Below, one piece after another: positions 40,316 through 54,713 of a DNA stretch of 64,000 nt. Both the position numbers and the translations under genes were made by a program. Each line of letters starts with the position of its first letter. Position 1 is the first letter of the stretch. A model generated the notes under the pieces. It saw only the letters and a list, made by a program, of their open reading frames with translations, was not told the DNA's origin and ran no database searches. Source of the DNA: Octopus sinensis (taxonomy: Eukaryota); the NCBI RefSeq assembly GCF_006345805.1, contig NC_043000.1, positions 143,344,001 to 143,408,000 on the forward strand, given 5' to 3'.

Positions 40316-41571
40316 TACCTATGCACAGATGGTATACATGTACGTACTTTAATATACATATGTATAGATGAGTATGCATGTATATATATATATATATATA
40401 TATACATATGCGTATGTGTGTATGCTTCTATTATGTATATATACATTTACAAATCAGCACACAATTATGGAAATATATATACGAATATACACATAGACGT
40501 AATTTGAAACCGTGTGCAATTGTGTGCTGTGTAATAGATTACGTACATATAAGTTACTTGAAGACGATTAGACATGCGACGGATCGAAATGTAGTGTATA
40601 GTACAAAAGAGAAAGATATCAAAGAGAAAGTTAATAGTTCAGGAAATGTAAATTATAATGGCAATAGCTCATCTTAGAAATGTCAACGTATAATAACATT
40701 TTCCTCAGATCATTGATAAAAGAAAATGGACAATGAAATATAAATGAAATGATATATTAAAACAAAAAAAAATTATAATACATAACCAAAACAATAAAAC
40801 AAAGAAAACTGATTGAGACGCTGTTTCAGACAGTATGATTACGTCTTCTGGAAATGTTGTGTTGCTTAATTACTTAATTGGTTATCTCATGAATTGCTAT
40901 AGATCTGTAAGTACAAGTAAATAACAAATACCTTGACGGTTTATTGCTTAAATATTAGTTAATTACACTGCGGAAGAGTCATGATAATCATTTCAAACAC
41001 ACTTTTAGAGTGTCTAATATTATTTGGCCCTAGGTCAGCTCTGATTGAATATGCGCGTGATAAAAGACAGGGGCATTTCTTCTGTGAACATCGTGTCTCT
41101 TTCTTCAGAGATAATGTAAGTCTCTTGTTTTGTAAGAACATTTGTAGACTACTCAATGACCATTTTGTTTTATCAGACGATCAAATTTAGTTTGAGGGAA
41201 GTTAAAGCGCTATGTCTAACAGCTAGAATGACTACGTAGAAGTTCTGTGCTGGTTCGTTTGACTTCTTTTATAATTTGGAAGTGTATTGCATACTATTCA
41301 GGGTCATAATATTATACAGTACATCTACAAGTTAGTTATAAATCAGCATATTATATTGAAACTGTTTGAGACTCAATCATTTTCTGAGAAGATAATATTT
41401 GAGGTTGGCGCAATTTCTTCACTTTAATATTTTTTTAAAATACGAGTGACACAATGTTTATATTTATAGCAAAGTATTCATGAACACCCCTCCAAATTAC
41501 CGTATGAAAGAATTATACATTTCTCCATTCTATAATTTGGTGGAATATTCGTAGATATTTAAATGTAATAA

Positions 41572-41822
41572 ATAAATGCACCCTTTAAAGCCTAGCCAGG
41601 CTCGTGGGCCCGGTTTCCCGGTTTCAATGGCGTATATTTTCCCCAGGTGGACGGGACGCCAGTACATCGCAGCGTTACTCATTTTTGTCAGTTGAGTGGA
41701 CTGGAGCAACGTGAAATTAAGTGTTTTGCTCAAGGACACAACGTGTCGCCCGGTCCAGGAATCGAAACCACAATCATACGATCATGATGCTGGCACCCTA
41801 ACCACTAAGCCATGTGCCTCCA
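41572..41822 (-). mobile_element. tRNA-derived CORE-like SINE with tail type 3 (V-like)
   Basis: TGGAGGCACATGGCTTAGTGGTTAGG..GGTTTCGATTCCTGGACCGGGCGACACGTTGTGTCCTTGAGCAAAACACTT..CAGTCCACTCAACTG; tail nearly identical to 33523-33620. Confidence 0.85.
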
Positions 41823-41949
41823 CTTTCTTAAATACATAACTTATCTCAAAGAATTCAGCCGCAAGAACACAAAGTACAACTACAGCATGCGTGACCTTTA
41901 TCATTAAATAAACTCCGCTACAACTAGCGTTTTTATTTTCTACTTGTTT

Positions 41950-42650
41950 TTGACAGTGAGGTCCTGCTGCTCGAAACGATGACGTCCTCCTCCTAATTTA
42001 CTTTGTAGTGTAAAACTAATTACTATCAACTCGTGGAGTTTTATTCTCGTTCGTTCCTGAAAACTTTCTAATATCATTGCTTTAGACAGACATAGGTATC
42101 TCTTCGGATTAACACTTGATTGCATTCATATATAACTCCCTAGACTTATGCCTGTATAGCCTTCATATATTTCTGTGCCTTTATATACCAAACATATCAA
42201 GGCTGAACAGATATGAGCAAGCGTAGAATATTGTTACAAATTGTGGGCTGATCTTTCTTTAAGAAAACCTTTATAGCAGTTATAATAGATTTTGTTGCAG
42301 GATTTCTACTGAACTCAGCAAAACAGACGCCAGCAAACCTAATTAGATTTCTTTTGATGTTCACCGAATGAGTTTCCTTGTTATTCATCCCGTATGAAGT
42401 CGATCAATATTCGCAACTATTCAAGCAAGAGAAACCTAAATCTATTCCTGGTATATAGTACCAAATTTCCTACTGTGTTCCTGCTTTTAGTAGGACATTC
42501 ATTCGTGAAAAATTCAGTGCCATGTTTAGCGAGCCGTGTAACCATGTAGATGCTCTCTTGTGTCGTCTCGTAATAAATTTGCACTAAAATCAACATCTTC
42601 GCAAATTATTGGGTTTGGAAGAATACTAGTGAAAACGGAGAAAATGAATG
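41950..42650 (-). mobile_element. Decayed piggyBac-like transposase fragment
   Basis: GTEFF..TRNRFRFLL..RDE..WRLF..KSCNKIYY..LVYKG resembles piggyBac MSRNRF.FLL.CLRFDD..NC...Y..Y.GK. Confidence 0.45.
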
Positions 42651-43009
42651 GTTTTCAGTACTTTGAATATTCTCAATCACCAAGTTGAATGAGAGATTGT
42701 ATTTATAGCACGTGATAAAAGATCTTCTGAATTATTGTAGAATTTCATTTTGCACAAATACGTTTTTTACACAGAGTAAGTTGCTAATGCGAAAATTATA
42801 CTCAACACCCACGTTTAATTTTAGCGATAAATAATTTCGCAAAGTTGAAACAACTAGCCAAATTTTCGTATAAACCTACCAGGTAACCGTTGACAGCAAT
42901 TGGAAATTTATGTTTGAATATTTATTGCAGCTTTAATATTGATTTACGAAAGCGCATATTCCCACTTATTCACATATATAATGCACACCTATATATATCT
43001 ATCTATCTA

Positions 43010-43071
<62 letters not shown>

Positions 43072-43072
<1 letters not shown>

Positions 43073-43488
43073 AGGCGCAGGAGTGGCTGTGTGGTAAGTA
43101 GCTTGTTTACCAACAACATGGTTCCGGGTTCAGTCCCACTGCATGGCATCTTGGGCAAGTGTCTTCTGCTATAGCCCCGGGCCGACCAATGCCTTGTGAG
43201 TGGATTTGGTAGACAGAAACTGAAAGAAGCCCGTCGTATATATGTATATATATATGTGTATGTGTGTGTTTGTGTGTCTGTGTTTGTCCCCCTAGCATTG
43301 CTTGACAACCGATGCTGGTGTGGTTACGTCCCCGTCACTTAGCGGTTCGGCAAAAGAGACCGATAGAATAAGCACTGGGCTTACAAAGAATAAGTCCCGG
43401 GATCGATTTGCTCGACTAAAGGCGGTACTCCAGCATGGCCGCAGTCAAATGACTTAAACAAGTAAAAGAGTAAAGTGTAAAAAGAGTA
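43072..43488 (+). mobile_element. SINE family B, full length, young
   Basis: TAGGCGCAGGAGTGGCTGTGTGGTAAG..GGGTTCAGTCCCACTGC..through CAGTCAAATGACTTAAACAAGTAAAAGAG. Confidence 0.9.
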
Positions 43489-44853
43489 ATATATATATAT
43501 ATATATATATGGGCACAAATACACACACGTAAAGCACACACAAACAAACACAACGTGTGTGTATATATACGTAAACACATACACATATATGTATGTGTGT
43601 GTTTGTGTGTGTTTGCGCGTGTGTGTGTGTGTTTGCGCGTATGTGTATGTTTGTGCGTGTGTATACATGTAGGATTGATATTTCAGTTTGCACGGACGTA
43701 CTGAATACGCTTTCACTATCATAACGTTGTAATGTTTCGAAAAGTTACTTCGGAAAGTATTCCAAAGGAAAATGAAAAAATTACTACGTAATTCTTGAGT
43801 TAAGTCCACCATAATCACAAGTTTTGTGATGGTAACATTTCCCTTCTAAATATTTGAAAACATTTCTCCGTGAATAATTCTGGCATTTTTGAGTGCTGCC
43901 TGTCTTGGAGTATATTCGGTTGTAACAAAACAGTTATGTCTTTGAAGAAACTGTCTACTCTTAAGAAGTACTAACATACATAGTGTCATTCAACCGAACA
44001 CAACAAAAATATTTCCCAATATGAAACTCATTTAAGTATGTGTTTAATCAAACATTCACTATACATTTCCAAGGATGATGTTCCACTTAAGGTTACACAC
44101 TTGGGTGGTTTTTCAACATGAAGCCTTCCGTTAAAATATATTTGCTGTTATGAGATTAAACTTATCGTATTCTATAAATAGTTCACACACTCTAACTAAT
44201 ATGTGAATATTTGATTTTTTCCGACTTAAGAAATCATTGTAAAGAGTATGTATAAATATGTATATATACATACATACATAAAAAAAGCGCAGTATACACA
44301 AGAAATGAACATTTTAATTGTTGGTGAAAGACGCTTACAACAACTAATGTAATTGACAAAATACGAACACAAATATTTCTGTTTCATCATTCCACTTTCA
44401 CCCAAGAAACCTCACAGTTTCCGTACTGGGAAAATTTTGGTTTTCTTCATCTACTAAGAGCGAAGTTTCACAGAAAAGGAAACGCAGGGTGATAAAAAAA
44501 ATGTCCTTCAACTGAAAGCAAAGCTGATGACAAAAGACTGGCACAAAAAATTAGATCAAACAAATATAGATTATAGACGAGACTGTCTTTCGATTTAGAA
44601 CGGTCAAAAATAAGGAAAATATTAGATAAATATTAGAAAAAAGGTTCGTGTGAAAATGGCTGACAGAAAGGAGTGCTGGATATGAACGTAAGAGGTGGTT
44701 CAATAGAGATAAAGACTGTAAGACAGAGAGATAAGACAGGGTGAGAGAGATACCAGATAAAGCGACAGAATGATGATGAAAGAATGGGATGATAGAACAA
44801 GAGAGTAATAACAGAGGAAAACGGTTAGAAACAGGAGCCAAACTGCGAGAGAA

Positions 44854-44917
<64 letters not shown>

Positions 44918-46280
44918 TAGAAAGTAGAGCAAGAAGAAGATAAAGTGAGTATCATGACAGAGCAATAGAAAGCTTGCTAAAGAGAAATGTAGGTAAAATA
45001 GACCGAGAGAATTTCTACTTTATATCTACGCTAGTATTTTTCATGCTTTTTCCGCATTGAATGTTAACACACCATTTATTTGTTTCGGTTTTCTGCGTCA
45101 CTCTTTTTTCTGGTCTCCTCCGTTTTAGTTGTAAGATTTATCAACAAACTGCATGTTTTTGTTGCAGGATGTTACACGTTTTGTCATGTGTGAAAGTTGG
45201 CGTTTTCCCGATGAGAAATACCATCTTCTGTGGCAACTGATGAAAATCTAGAGATTCTGGAATTAAAGTTGGCTATGAAATGAATTTATGAGTGTATTTC
45301 ATCTTTTCCGTTAGTTGTTGTACACGTCTTTGACTAATATTTTGAATTTTCGGCATACGCGGTCATATTTTTCACCATCGCTAATATATCTTTTCTTTCT
45401 GTGATTCATATTATCTTACATTATATTTTATCCCCTTTCTCTCTTACTACACACACATACACACACAGATACACACTCATATACACATATATTTATGTAC
45501 ATGAGTGCTTTCATCTGACTATTAGTTCATCTATTTGTTCTATCTCGATATTTTACTGCCATTAATTTTTCCAGTTATGGCTAAATGAAAAGCAAAACAT
45601 ATTCCGTCATAACATAATAATGTTTACCGTGTAAGTTATTTATGATATTTTTTTTATTCACCTCATCATTTGTTTTGCCTCATAATTGTATCAACGCACT
45701 TTATGGAGCTGATCACTTATATTCATTGATAGTCAGCATAACAAGACAAGTTTGAAATTGCTAAATTAAGTGAAGTTGCTGAGAAATTATATTCATCATA
45801 CCTTTTCGTTTTGAGTATTGTGTCTAGTCTGTTCTAGAAATATAGACAATTATTATGCGCCAAGGTCTACCATACTAAAATGCTAGTCTGATCGAGATTT
45901 CCGAATTAATTTAATGTTCTCATTTACGTTTGCAAATTTCTCTAAATTTTATACTTCGCACCAAAACATACACATAAAAATTCAGACACACTCACAAGCT
46001 CACAGACGAACATTTTGTCAAATTTCTTCGATATTTTTATCAAGTGACTGATTTGTCAAAGCAAGTTACAATGCGGCGGTAATGATTATGTCCCGTATCA
46101 TATCCAGCTTGATAAAATATGATACACCTACGTCTCTTGAATTGCTGATTTAGATGCAAATACTGGAAATGAATTCAATATTGCAAAGAATGTCATTTAT
46201 ACCTATTTCATTTCAGACAGTAAATAAGATGTAACTAAATAGTCTATCATATATTTCTTTGGATGTTATATACAAACAAG

Positions 46281-46495
46281 TGAAGGTGCGTGGATTACTG
46301 GTTACGAAATTCGGCTCACGATCATAAGAACAGTGTATAAATGGCTGAGCAGTCCACAGACACGCGTTAACTCTAACATAGGTTAAGGACACGCGTGTCC
46401 GGAGTGCTCGGCCTCTTACGCGTTATTTTATGGATCAGGATGTCCCGTTACACGGATCAACTCGAACTGTCGTCGTGTCGTCGTAACCGATAGAG
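46281..46495 (+). mobile_element. Rearranged tRNA-derived SINE with internal fold-back inversion
   Basis: Head TGAAGGTGCGTGGATTACTGGTTA; 46343-46380 is an inverted copy of 46381-46413; tail homologous to 4535-4640. Confidence 0.6.
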
Positions 46496-46591
46496 TGTCT
46501 ATGTATCTCTCTCTCTCTCTATATATATATATAAACATACATACGTATATATATGTATATATATATGCATATATATATATGTATATACATA

Positions 46592-46648
<57 letters not shown>

Positions 46649-46703
46649 GGTATGTATGTGTATGTATGCATTATGTGTATATTAATGTATGCATATGTAT
46701 GTA

Positions 46704-47269
46704 TTGGGTTATCCGTAAAGTTCATGCCAATTTATAGTAGCTTACATTTCGACTTATTTTAGAACACGGTTGAGTCCATATAATAGGATTTGACTACACC
46801 TCCATTTAGAGCACAGTTTAAGCTATCTTTTCGTGGAAGAATGTTTATGTTCCTATAACCCGTGTTAATTCTGTAACCTTTTAAAATGAAAGAACAGAAA
46901 GTTCATTTTCGGCACTTGATGCTTTGGGAACCAGACGACAATTGCTGCAGCTCGGCTGGGATATGCTAACACACCCTCCATATTCACCAGATATTGCTCG
47001 TTCAGATTTACACTTATTCAGGTCTCTGCAGAATAGTCTTAATGCTAAAAATTACAATTTCTTGGATGACGTAAAAAGATACTTTGATGAATTCTTTGCG
47101 ACGGAGCCACCTCAATTCTGGGAAGAGGGTATTTTCATGTTAAACGAAAGATGGAGACGCATTATGCAACAACATGGTTCATATTTGGTTGATTAAAAAT
47201 GTAATGGCAAGTATTTATTGACCTTTTTTTTTTCATTAAAAATCGGCACCAACTTTCCGGACAACCCAT
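46704..47269 (+). mobile_element. Internally deleted mariner (MITE-like) with both TIRs and TA flanks
   Basis: TIR TTGGGTTATCCGTAAAGTTCATGCCAATTT versus AAATCGGCACCAACTTTCCGGACAACCCA; ATG 46886 MKEQKVHFRHLMLW joined to TRRQLLQLGWDMLTHPPYSPDIARSDLHLFRSLQNSL..WEEGI..LNERW. Confidence 0.9.
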
Positions 47270-48753
47270 TATATGTATATATACTATACAAACTAACGAC
47301 GCAGTAAAGTCTCTTCGTAGAAAACCAATTTACAAAATATAGCAGTCAAGTGTCTCCTAAAACCTATCTTTCTTTGTACAAAACAGTTCCTTTTATCAAA
47401 GGTGGCGTTGTAATGAATGTGGTGATGCATTTGATCATAATTTTTCTCGATCTGTGGTTTAAACAAGAAGTTAACGTACTCTGATGTCATTAGTAATATA
47501 CTGTATTTTCAATCAGCAACTAAAAAGCCTTAATATTCTGGTGTTCTTTCTTCTCCTGGAATACATGTCTCTTTCCATACATTTATTTATATATTATAAA
47601 ACTTGAAGGAATGTGTCTTTTCCTGGACATAACAGCAACTACAAGAGCAAGAATGAGATTAAAAATGACTGTGCTCATTATGAGCTTCAACAAAGTATTA
47701 CTAATTTTAAAAATGATTTATCAATCTAAGCATGATTTCCTTGATTTGCGTCAATAGGTAAAGATAATGCTGTAATCCAACGAAGTTTGAGGTGAAAATT
47801 AAAGAGTAAAAGTGTTAACACTCGCCTTTCATCACAGAGTTCATTGGAGACTGAATCTAATATTTAGCAATCAGTCATAATTACAGATATATTCATTCAC
47901 GATGATACTACATATAATGTCATTTATTCTAAATTTTTGAGTGACAATTTTAATAAGCCTCACTGATGTCATCTAATAAGATGAACGATACCGTTAGTTA
48001 TTACCGCACGTTTAATACTTTTAATGATTAATTTCAATCTGTAGTTCGTTTAATTAATTTTTATTAGGAATTATCTCCTTTCGTGAGGAGAATTGGTTAT
48101 TTGTACAATGATCTTTCTCATCAATTTGCAGGTAATTTTATTATTCGAATTTCCATACTCATTGCAAGACTTTTACCATTAATTTTTCATGGAACTGGCA
48201 TTCCCGGAGTATCCCTTTAGTTAAAGGAGACATTGCAGCTATGTTCGATTGTAAAAAAAAAATATTTGATCCGTATTTTATGAAATTGTCATAAGGAACT
48301 ATTTTCAACTCAGTCGCATAATTGTGATTACGGATATTTTAGAATCTGTGTTACATTGCGTCATAAATATAATAATTTATTCTTTCTCGCTATCTACGAT
48401 TTTAATCCCAAACTCACACCCACATACGCATAGAGAATGATGAAACGAGATAAAATGAGTGAGGGAGTGAGAAAGGGACAGAGAGAGAGAGAGCGTGAAA
48501 GCGTGAAAGAGAGAAGGAGTGAGAGATACAGGAACGCAGTGAAAGAGAGAGACGGAGAAAGAGCAGTTTCTACCCGCGGTAAAAACCGGTCAATGAATAT
48601 TTGACGCCTTCTGTTCCTTGCTACAAAGCTAACAGAATAAAAGATCCACGAAATAACTTTAATAAAAGTGTTGTGAGATCATGATTAAGATCAAATATAT
48701 TGTTCTACTTTTTATGTTCATTTGGGAGAAAAATTTCTGAAGGGAAAAGACTG

Positions 48754-48754
48754 C

Positions 48755-48798
<44 letters not shown>

Positions 48799-48815
48799 GT
48801 AATAATAATAATAAT

Positions 48816-48853
<38 letters not shown>

Positions 48854-48870
48854 TAATAACAACAATAATA
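48754..48870. repeat. (AAT)n microsatellite
   Basis: Direct reading. Confidence 0.95.
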
Positions 48871-49879
48871 AATGAAACAGAAGCGCATTTATTTGCTTTA
48901 CATTCTTTCTTTTCACCGTTTTTGAAATTATGTGGTTTGTCGAATCAAATAAATACAATAAAATATTGTATTAACAACCTAAAAGAAAATCAATATTTCA
49001 TTATAATTTTTTGATTTTTTAAAAATATTTTTTTATATTGTATTTTCGATTGTTTTTCTTTTTTTCTTTTAATTCGATATTTCAGATTTGATGTAAAACA
49101 AATCACTAACCAAGCATGCATAGTTCGGATCAAATAGATGAACTTTCTAGCAACATTCACCGTCTGTTCATTTGTTGATTTTTACCAGTTGCCCTAGCCC
49201 TCCAACCCATGAAACCTTTGTTTATTTAATTTCAATTTTTGTTTGAAACTTTTCTTTACACCTACACCCACCCAAGCACTACCATCACGAACTTCCTGGA
49301 GAATTCGGCAGATTGTTAGTTCTCCGAATCTAATGAGACACAACGTTGGAATTTCATTTTTATAGGGAATTATTTTGATGTAATTTAAATAACGAGAAAA
49401 TATGGCGCAAAGTTATAGCAATTGTTAGGAAAGAGACTATATATTTTAGTTTGGGAAAAAAAAAACGAATGACTACCACTGTATTTTCGTTTTTACTATT
49501 GTTAAATTGTATCATTAAAATTTATTTATTTATTCGTTTCTTTCAGTTTCATGAGAATAAGACAAAGACTAAATTTAGACAATGACTAAAATTGATTTGC
49601 TTTTCATTTTATGGCTCTTATATCGTGCTTTAAAATAACGCTTGTGGTATAGAACAAAGTTGGCTCAAGGCACCTTTTGTTCTATTTAGTTAAACCGAAT
49701 CATAAATACTTTTATTTACACCTCAAACGTTGCTGCAATTTAAACATATATGTTGTTGCACTACTACTAGTACTTGTTCATGAAGCAGTGGTAGTGGTAT
49801 ACGTGCGTGTATTAGCTGTGATAGTAACGGCGTAAATAGCTGAAATTATAGTTCTGAAGCAAAAATGTATTAGTCACAT

Positions 49880-49880
49880 T

Positions 49881-49916
<36 letters not shown>

Positions 49917-50136
49917 ATGATGGTGGTGGTGGTGGTGTTGGTGTTGGTGGTGATGTTGGTGGTGATGGTGGTGGTGGTAGTGGTGGTGGTGTTGGCAGTG
50001 CTAGTGGTTGTTACTAGAGTAGCAGTAATGGTGGTGGCGGTGGTGTTAGTAATAGTAGTAATGGTGGTGGTGGTGGTGATGGTGGTGGTGGTAGTGGTAG
50101 TTACTAGAATAGTAGTAATGGTGGTGTTGGTGGTGT

Positions 50137-50179
<43 letters not shown>

Positions 50180-50210
50180 GGTGGTGGTTACTTGAGTAGT
50201 AGTAATGGTA
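49880..50210. repeat. (GTA)n/(GTG)n degenerate trinucleotide tract
   Basis: Direct reading; explains the poly-Val ORF 49908-50195. Confidence 0.9.
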
Positions 50211-50861
50211 GTTCATGTGTTGTCTCCCGGCTCTGGCCTGCACAGCTTTAAATGATGCAGTGTATAATTACGAAGCAAAAGAGTAAGTTCTACGCCTCAA
50301 CTCCAGAGTCTTGTGCATTATCTTGTTGGTAGAAGTGAACTAAATAATAAATTTAATTAATTTCTAACACAGGCACAAATTTTTGTGGTGAGAAATATAA
50401 TGGATTTTACGAGTTTTTCTATGGATGTATATATAGACACTTCACTCACAACAGTAATTGCTAACACGTCTTGCCACAGTCGAACGTGAAGATGGCCTTT
50501 CGCTTTTCGATATCTTAAACTACTTCTCTCTTATTCATCCTTAATACATTCTGTCTGGTTCGAACGTGAATACCTGATTGCTATTGTTTTCCTACGTAGA
50601 AGAATACCTCTTCACTTCAGATGACGTTCATGATATACGCGAATCACTGGCATAAAGGGAGATGGTGGCATATGTTTCCTCAGTTAAAGCTATCTCTTTT
50701 TTAAAGGAAATATAAATATATACTTCTTGTTATAAGGAATTGTCGTTTCTTTACTCATTGTATAGAGCTCTATTTTATTAAAAAATATATATACTTATTA
50801 TACGAATTCATATCGGTATAAATTATGTCGACATACATGACATACATGCGTGCAATCTTTA

Positions 50862-51273
50862 TACTCTTTTACTCTTTTACTTGTTTCAGTCATTTGACTG
50901 CGGCCATGCTAGAGCACAGTCTTTAGTCGACCAAATCGACCCCCAGGACTTATTCTTTGTAAGCCCAGTACGTATTCTATCGGTCTCTTTTGCCGAACCG
51001 CTAAGTGACGGCGACGTAAACACACCAGCATCGGTTGTCAAGCAATGCTAGGGGGACAAACACAGACACACAAACACACACATACATATATATATATATA
51101 CATATATACGACAGGCTTCTTTCAGTTTCCGTCTACCAAATCCACTCACAAGGCATTGGTCGGCCCGGGACTATAGCAGAAGACACTTGCCCAAGATGCC
51201 ACGCAGTGGGACTGTACCTGGAACCATGTGGTTGGTTAGCAAGCTACTTACCACACAGCCACTGCTGCGCCTA
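50862..51273 (-). mobile_element. SINE family B, full length, young
   Basis: Reverse complement aligns end-to-end with 43072-43488 with few substitutions. Confidence 0.9.
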
Positions 51274-52137
51274 TACATATATATTATATATCGTATGTGT
51301 GTTGCTTTTATCTAATTATTTGCATACAAACGCCTGTATAATTATGTATATAGGCAAACATATATACCTACCTAAATATAGATATCTACTTACATACATA
51401 TATCTATTATATATCTTAGCTCTTTTCTCGTATACGAACAAAGAAATCATTGAAATGCGTCATCCTTGACGCAAAATGTGTATATAAATGTATACGAATA
51501 CAGACATACATATTATAAATATATGGCATATTTACCACGATACCCTTGTAAAATGTGTTTCTTCATATATGGGGGTTAGTAATTAGTCGAAAGTTCTTGA
51601 ATCAGAAGGATATCCTTGAATTAGATGAGAAGTAACCAGAATAAACTACAAAGGAAACTCGAGCGTATATTAATATATTCCCTCTCCTGCGGCAATTTTT
51701 CGATATATTCTGTATTACGCAGAGAAGATATATTTTATAAGTTCAATATATAATGTTTCATGTTTAAGTGCTTATCAAACCGATTGAAGATTTTTCTTAG
51801 GTATAGTACTTTTTCAATATTGGCCTACATTTAGTGCATTTGAATAAAGTGATAATATCCCGACCACCTTGCTGGAAATCTCAATTTAATTTCCTCCTGC
51901 GGTTCAAATGCTTCCGTCATAACACTAAAGCTATGTTCTATCGAATTCTTATCACCCTCTATTTGAATGCAATATTTCTGGCATGCCTTGGAACACTGTA
52001 CAAGAAACGTAAATCCATTAACTCTATTGCCATAATGTATACATTGTATACAATGTAAACACAATATATACATGTGAATGTGTATATATATTTATATATC
52101 GATATAATATATAATAAATATACATATATATGTATGA

Positions 52138-52213
<76 letters not shown>

Positions 52214-53123
52214 CTTCATTAATAAGTACTCCATGAAAATATATTTCAAAGATTTTATAGCAAGAAATTTGCTGTTGCCCTGTACTCGTATTTCGACAAG
52301 TGCAACAATCAATACATGTTATTCTAGGTTATAATAGCATACTATCGGGGTAAAATAAAAGTTTTCCAGTCCTCATCGCTACTCGAAGTAATGTGTGTCG
52401 TGCAATTGATACCGCTGTTGCTTTTAAAGTGATAGTGAATAATGCAAGAACTATCATTTCTAGTAATGTTTTTAAACTCGAACGCATTGGTAATTCAAAA
52501 CAGAGGTTAGCTATTGTCGGCAAAGTGCTAGCAATTTTATATGGTAGAAGCACCAATAAAAAAAGTTGGCCGAATCGTAAGGTAGAACTAAAATATAGCT
52601 TGATTAATACTAATAAAATAGATGCAAAAAACATGGTACTAAGGTTTAAGAAAGAGAACAATAAATTCGAAATGAGGAAAAAAAAATAATTGCAAAGCCG
52701 AATGTCTATAGATCAAGGTAAAACCGCTAAAGATGATCGAACTAGATTAGTTTGAGTTCAACAACACGATGATAACTGTTATTTCATATGAAGCATTGAA
52801 ATTTGATTGTGTTGTTTGTTAAGTGAAGCAATTTCATTGGGTGAGTGCCTTTAAGCACCAGCCTTTCATGGTTTTCTGAAAAGTATTGTGAAGATTAAAT
52901 TACAACAGACCTCAGTAGACGAGTAATAAACTATAAACAGATTTGTGGAATTCTTGGCAACATAATATGTTGTTTCTCTTCTTTTCTTACCTTCTCTTTC
53001 TGTAGTCCCTTATAATATTATCATTTTCCTCGCGAAGGCGGAATACTTCTTCGTAAATACAAAAGTGTATCCATTGGCTTTGAAAAGATTTAGTGTCTCT
53101 TAATGGTAATAATGATGGCGATC

Positions 53124-53200
<77 letters not shown>

Positions 53201-54713
53201 GATGATGACTGAAATAATGATAATAATCATTTTAATGAAGGCACCGTTATAACAACAATAAATCGGCAGCGATTGGAACAAGCCTCTTCGTCTGAAACAT
53301 AGTTGTTTTGCGCTTCATTTACTGCCTCAGTCATTTGGTAATGTGTCTAATCAGCAAACATTCTAACGTACTTGTGTATACGTGAATCAGGCTATTTTCC
53401 GAAGTCAACAGATTTTGGTTGCGTTATTATAGTTATTTCAAATGATTTATTGTCCTTCAGGCGATGCCCCAATCGTAACAAAATGAAATGTCTTTTTTAT
53501 ATCTATTTATTGTTTTATTACCTTCAATTTATCTCTCTGCAAAATGCACCTATTTAGCTATTAGCGACACATCAATACTGTGTATTTTCCCTCCATCCAT
53601 TAGCAGCAGGACTAAAACCTCGATCAATATTACGATCTCTTCTATCTATTTATCGCAAAAGTTGCTGATTTGATTTACTTTTATTATTTACTGAAAGGCT
53701 TTGACCAGACCTTTGGCCCCAGGTTTATTATCTTTAGTCAAAAAGATATCTTAATTGTCAACTTGTGACAACATCTGTCTGGAAATGCAGTTCGTGTGTT
53801 TTTGTGAAGTTTCACATCAGTACACTTAGACAAACATATAGAGACAGCCATTAACTATGAACCAGATTTTACACTAAAACACGAAAGAAAGGAAAATGCA
53901 CTGCCCAAGGAAGCACATACACGTACACACAAACACACGCATGCATACACACAAACCCCCACACACATACGTATGAACATGCCACTTAATTCAGAGAATC
54001 GTTCGAGTGCCGACAAATTCCTTGTGGTATAAATTCCACTTCTTGAATTTCAAATGGAAACCTTTGCATTTTTCGGGATCGATAAAATGAAGTACCAACC
54101 AAATACCGGACCAAAACACACCCTCTAGCAGACATGACTTGGATGTTTCCACTCGGAAAGTATGAGAATTTTACAAGGATGCATATATCGTTTCGAAACT
54201 ACAACTACACCTGAAAACCTTTAGCGAAAGGTATGGTGGATGTGAAATACAAGTCATTCTTTTAATGCGAAGGACTACCTAATTAAATATTTGAAATTGG
54301 TGTTACTGCAAAATAGATAATAAAATATAAAAACAAAATATGACATGTATAATTAATTGTGGTTACATTGCTATATAAGCGTTTATACGCGCACACGCAC
54401 GCACACACATACACAGATATACAGATATAGATATGGATATATACACAGAATCGTTTAGAGTGGAGTAAAAACCTACAGAATTGGTCCAGAGCAGTGGAAG
54501 AATGTTATATTCTTGGAGAGTCATTCTTTACATGTGGAGACCTATATATATATATAGGTTATGAGGGGTAATGGTGTCAAGAAGACCCAAATGTGTCAGG
54601 AAATGCTGAATAAGTGCTATGGACAGACTATAGTTAAGCTCCAGGTTCGGTGATTATGCGAATGAGGAGTCCAACTCAGGTCATATATTAGCATACATAT
54701 ATATATAAATAAT

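Noticed and set aside
43381-44030. ILGNIFVV..NCFVT GPCR-like reading on the minus strand
   Set aside because: In-frame stop, no DRY or NPxxY motif, and the ORF runs into a microsatellite and SINE.
45168-45251. Possible exon after acceptor tttttgttgcag (DVTRFVMCESWRFPDEKYHLLWQLMKI*)
   Set aside because: Short, with no recognisable homology and no partner exons that I can support.
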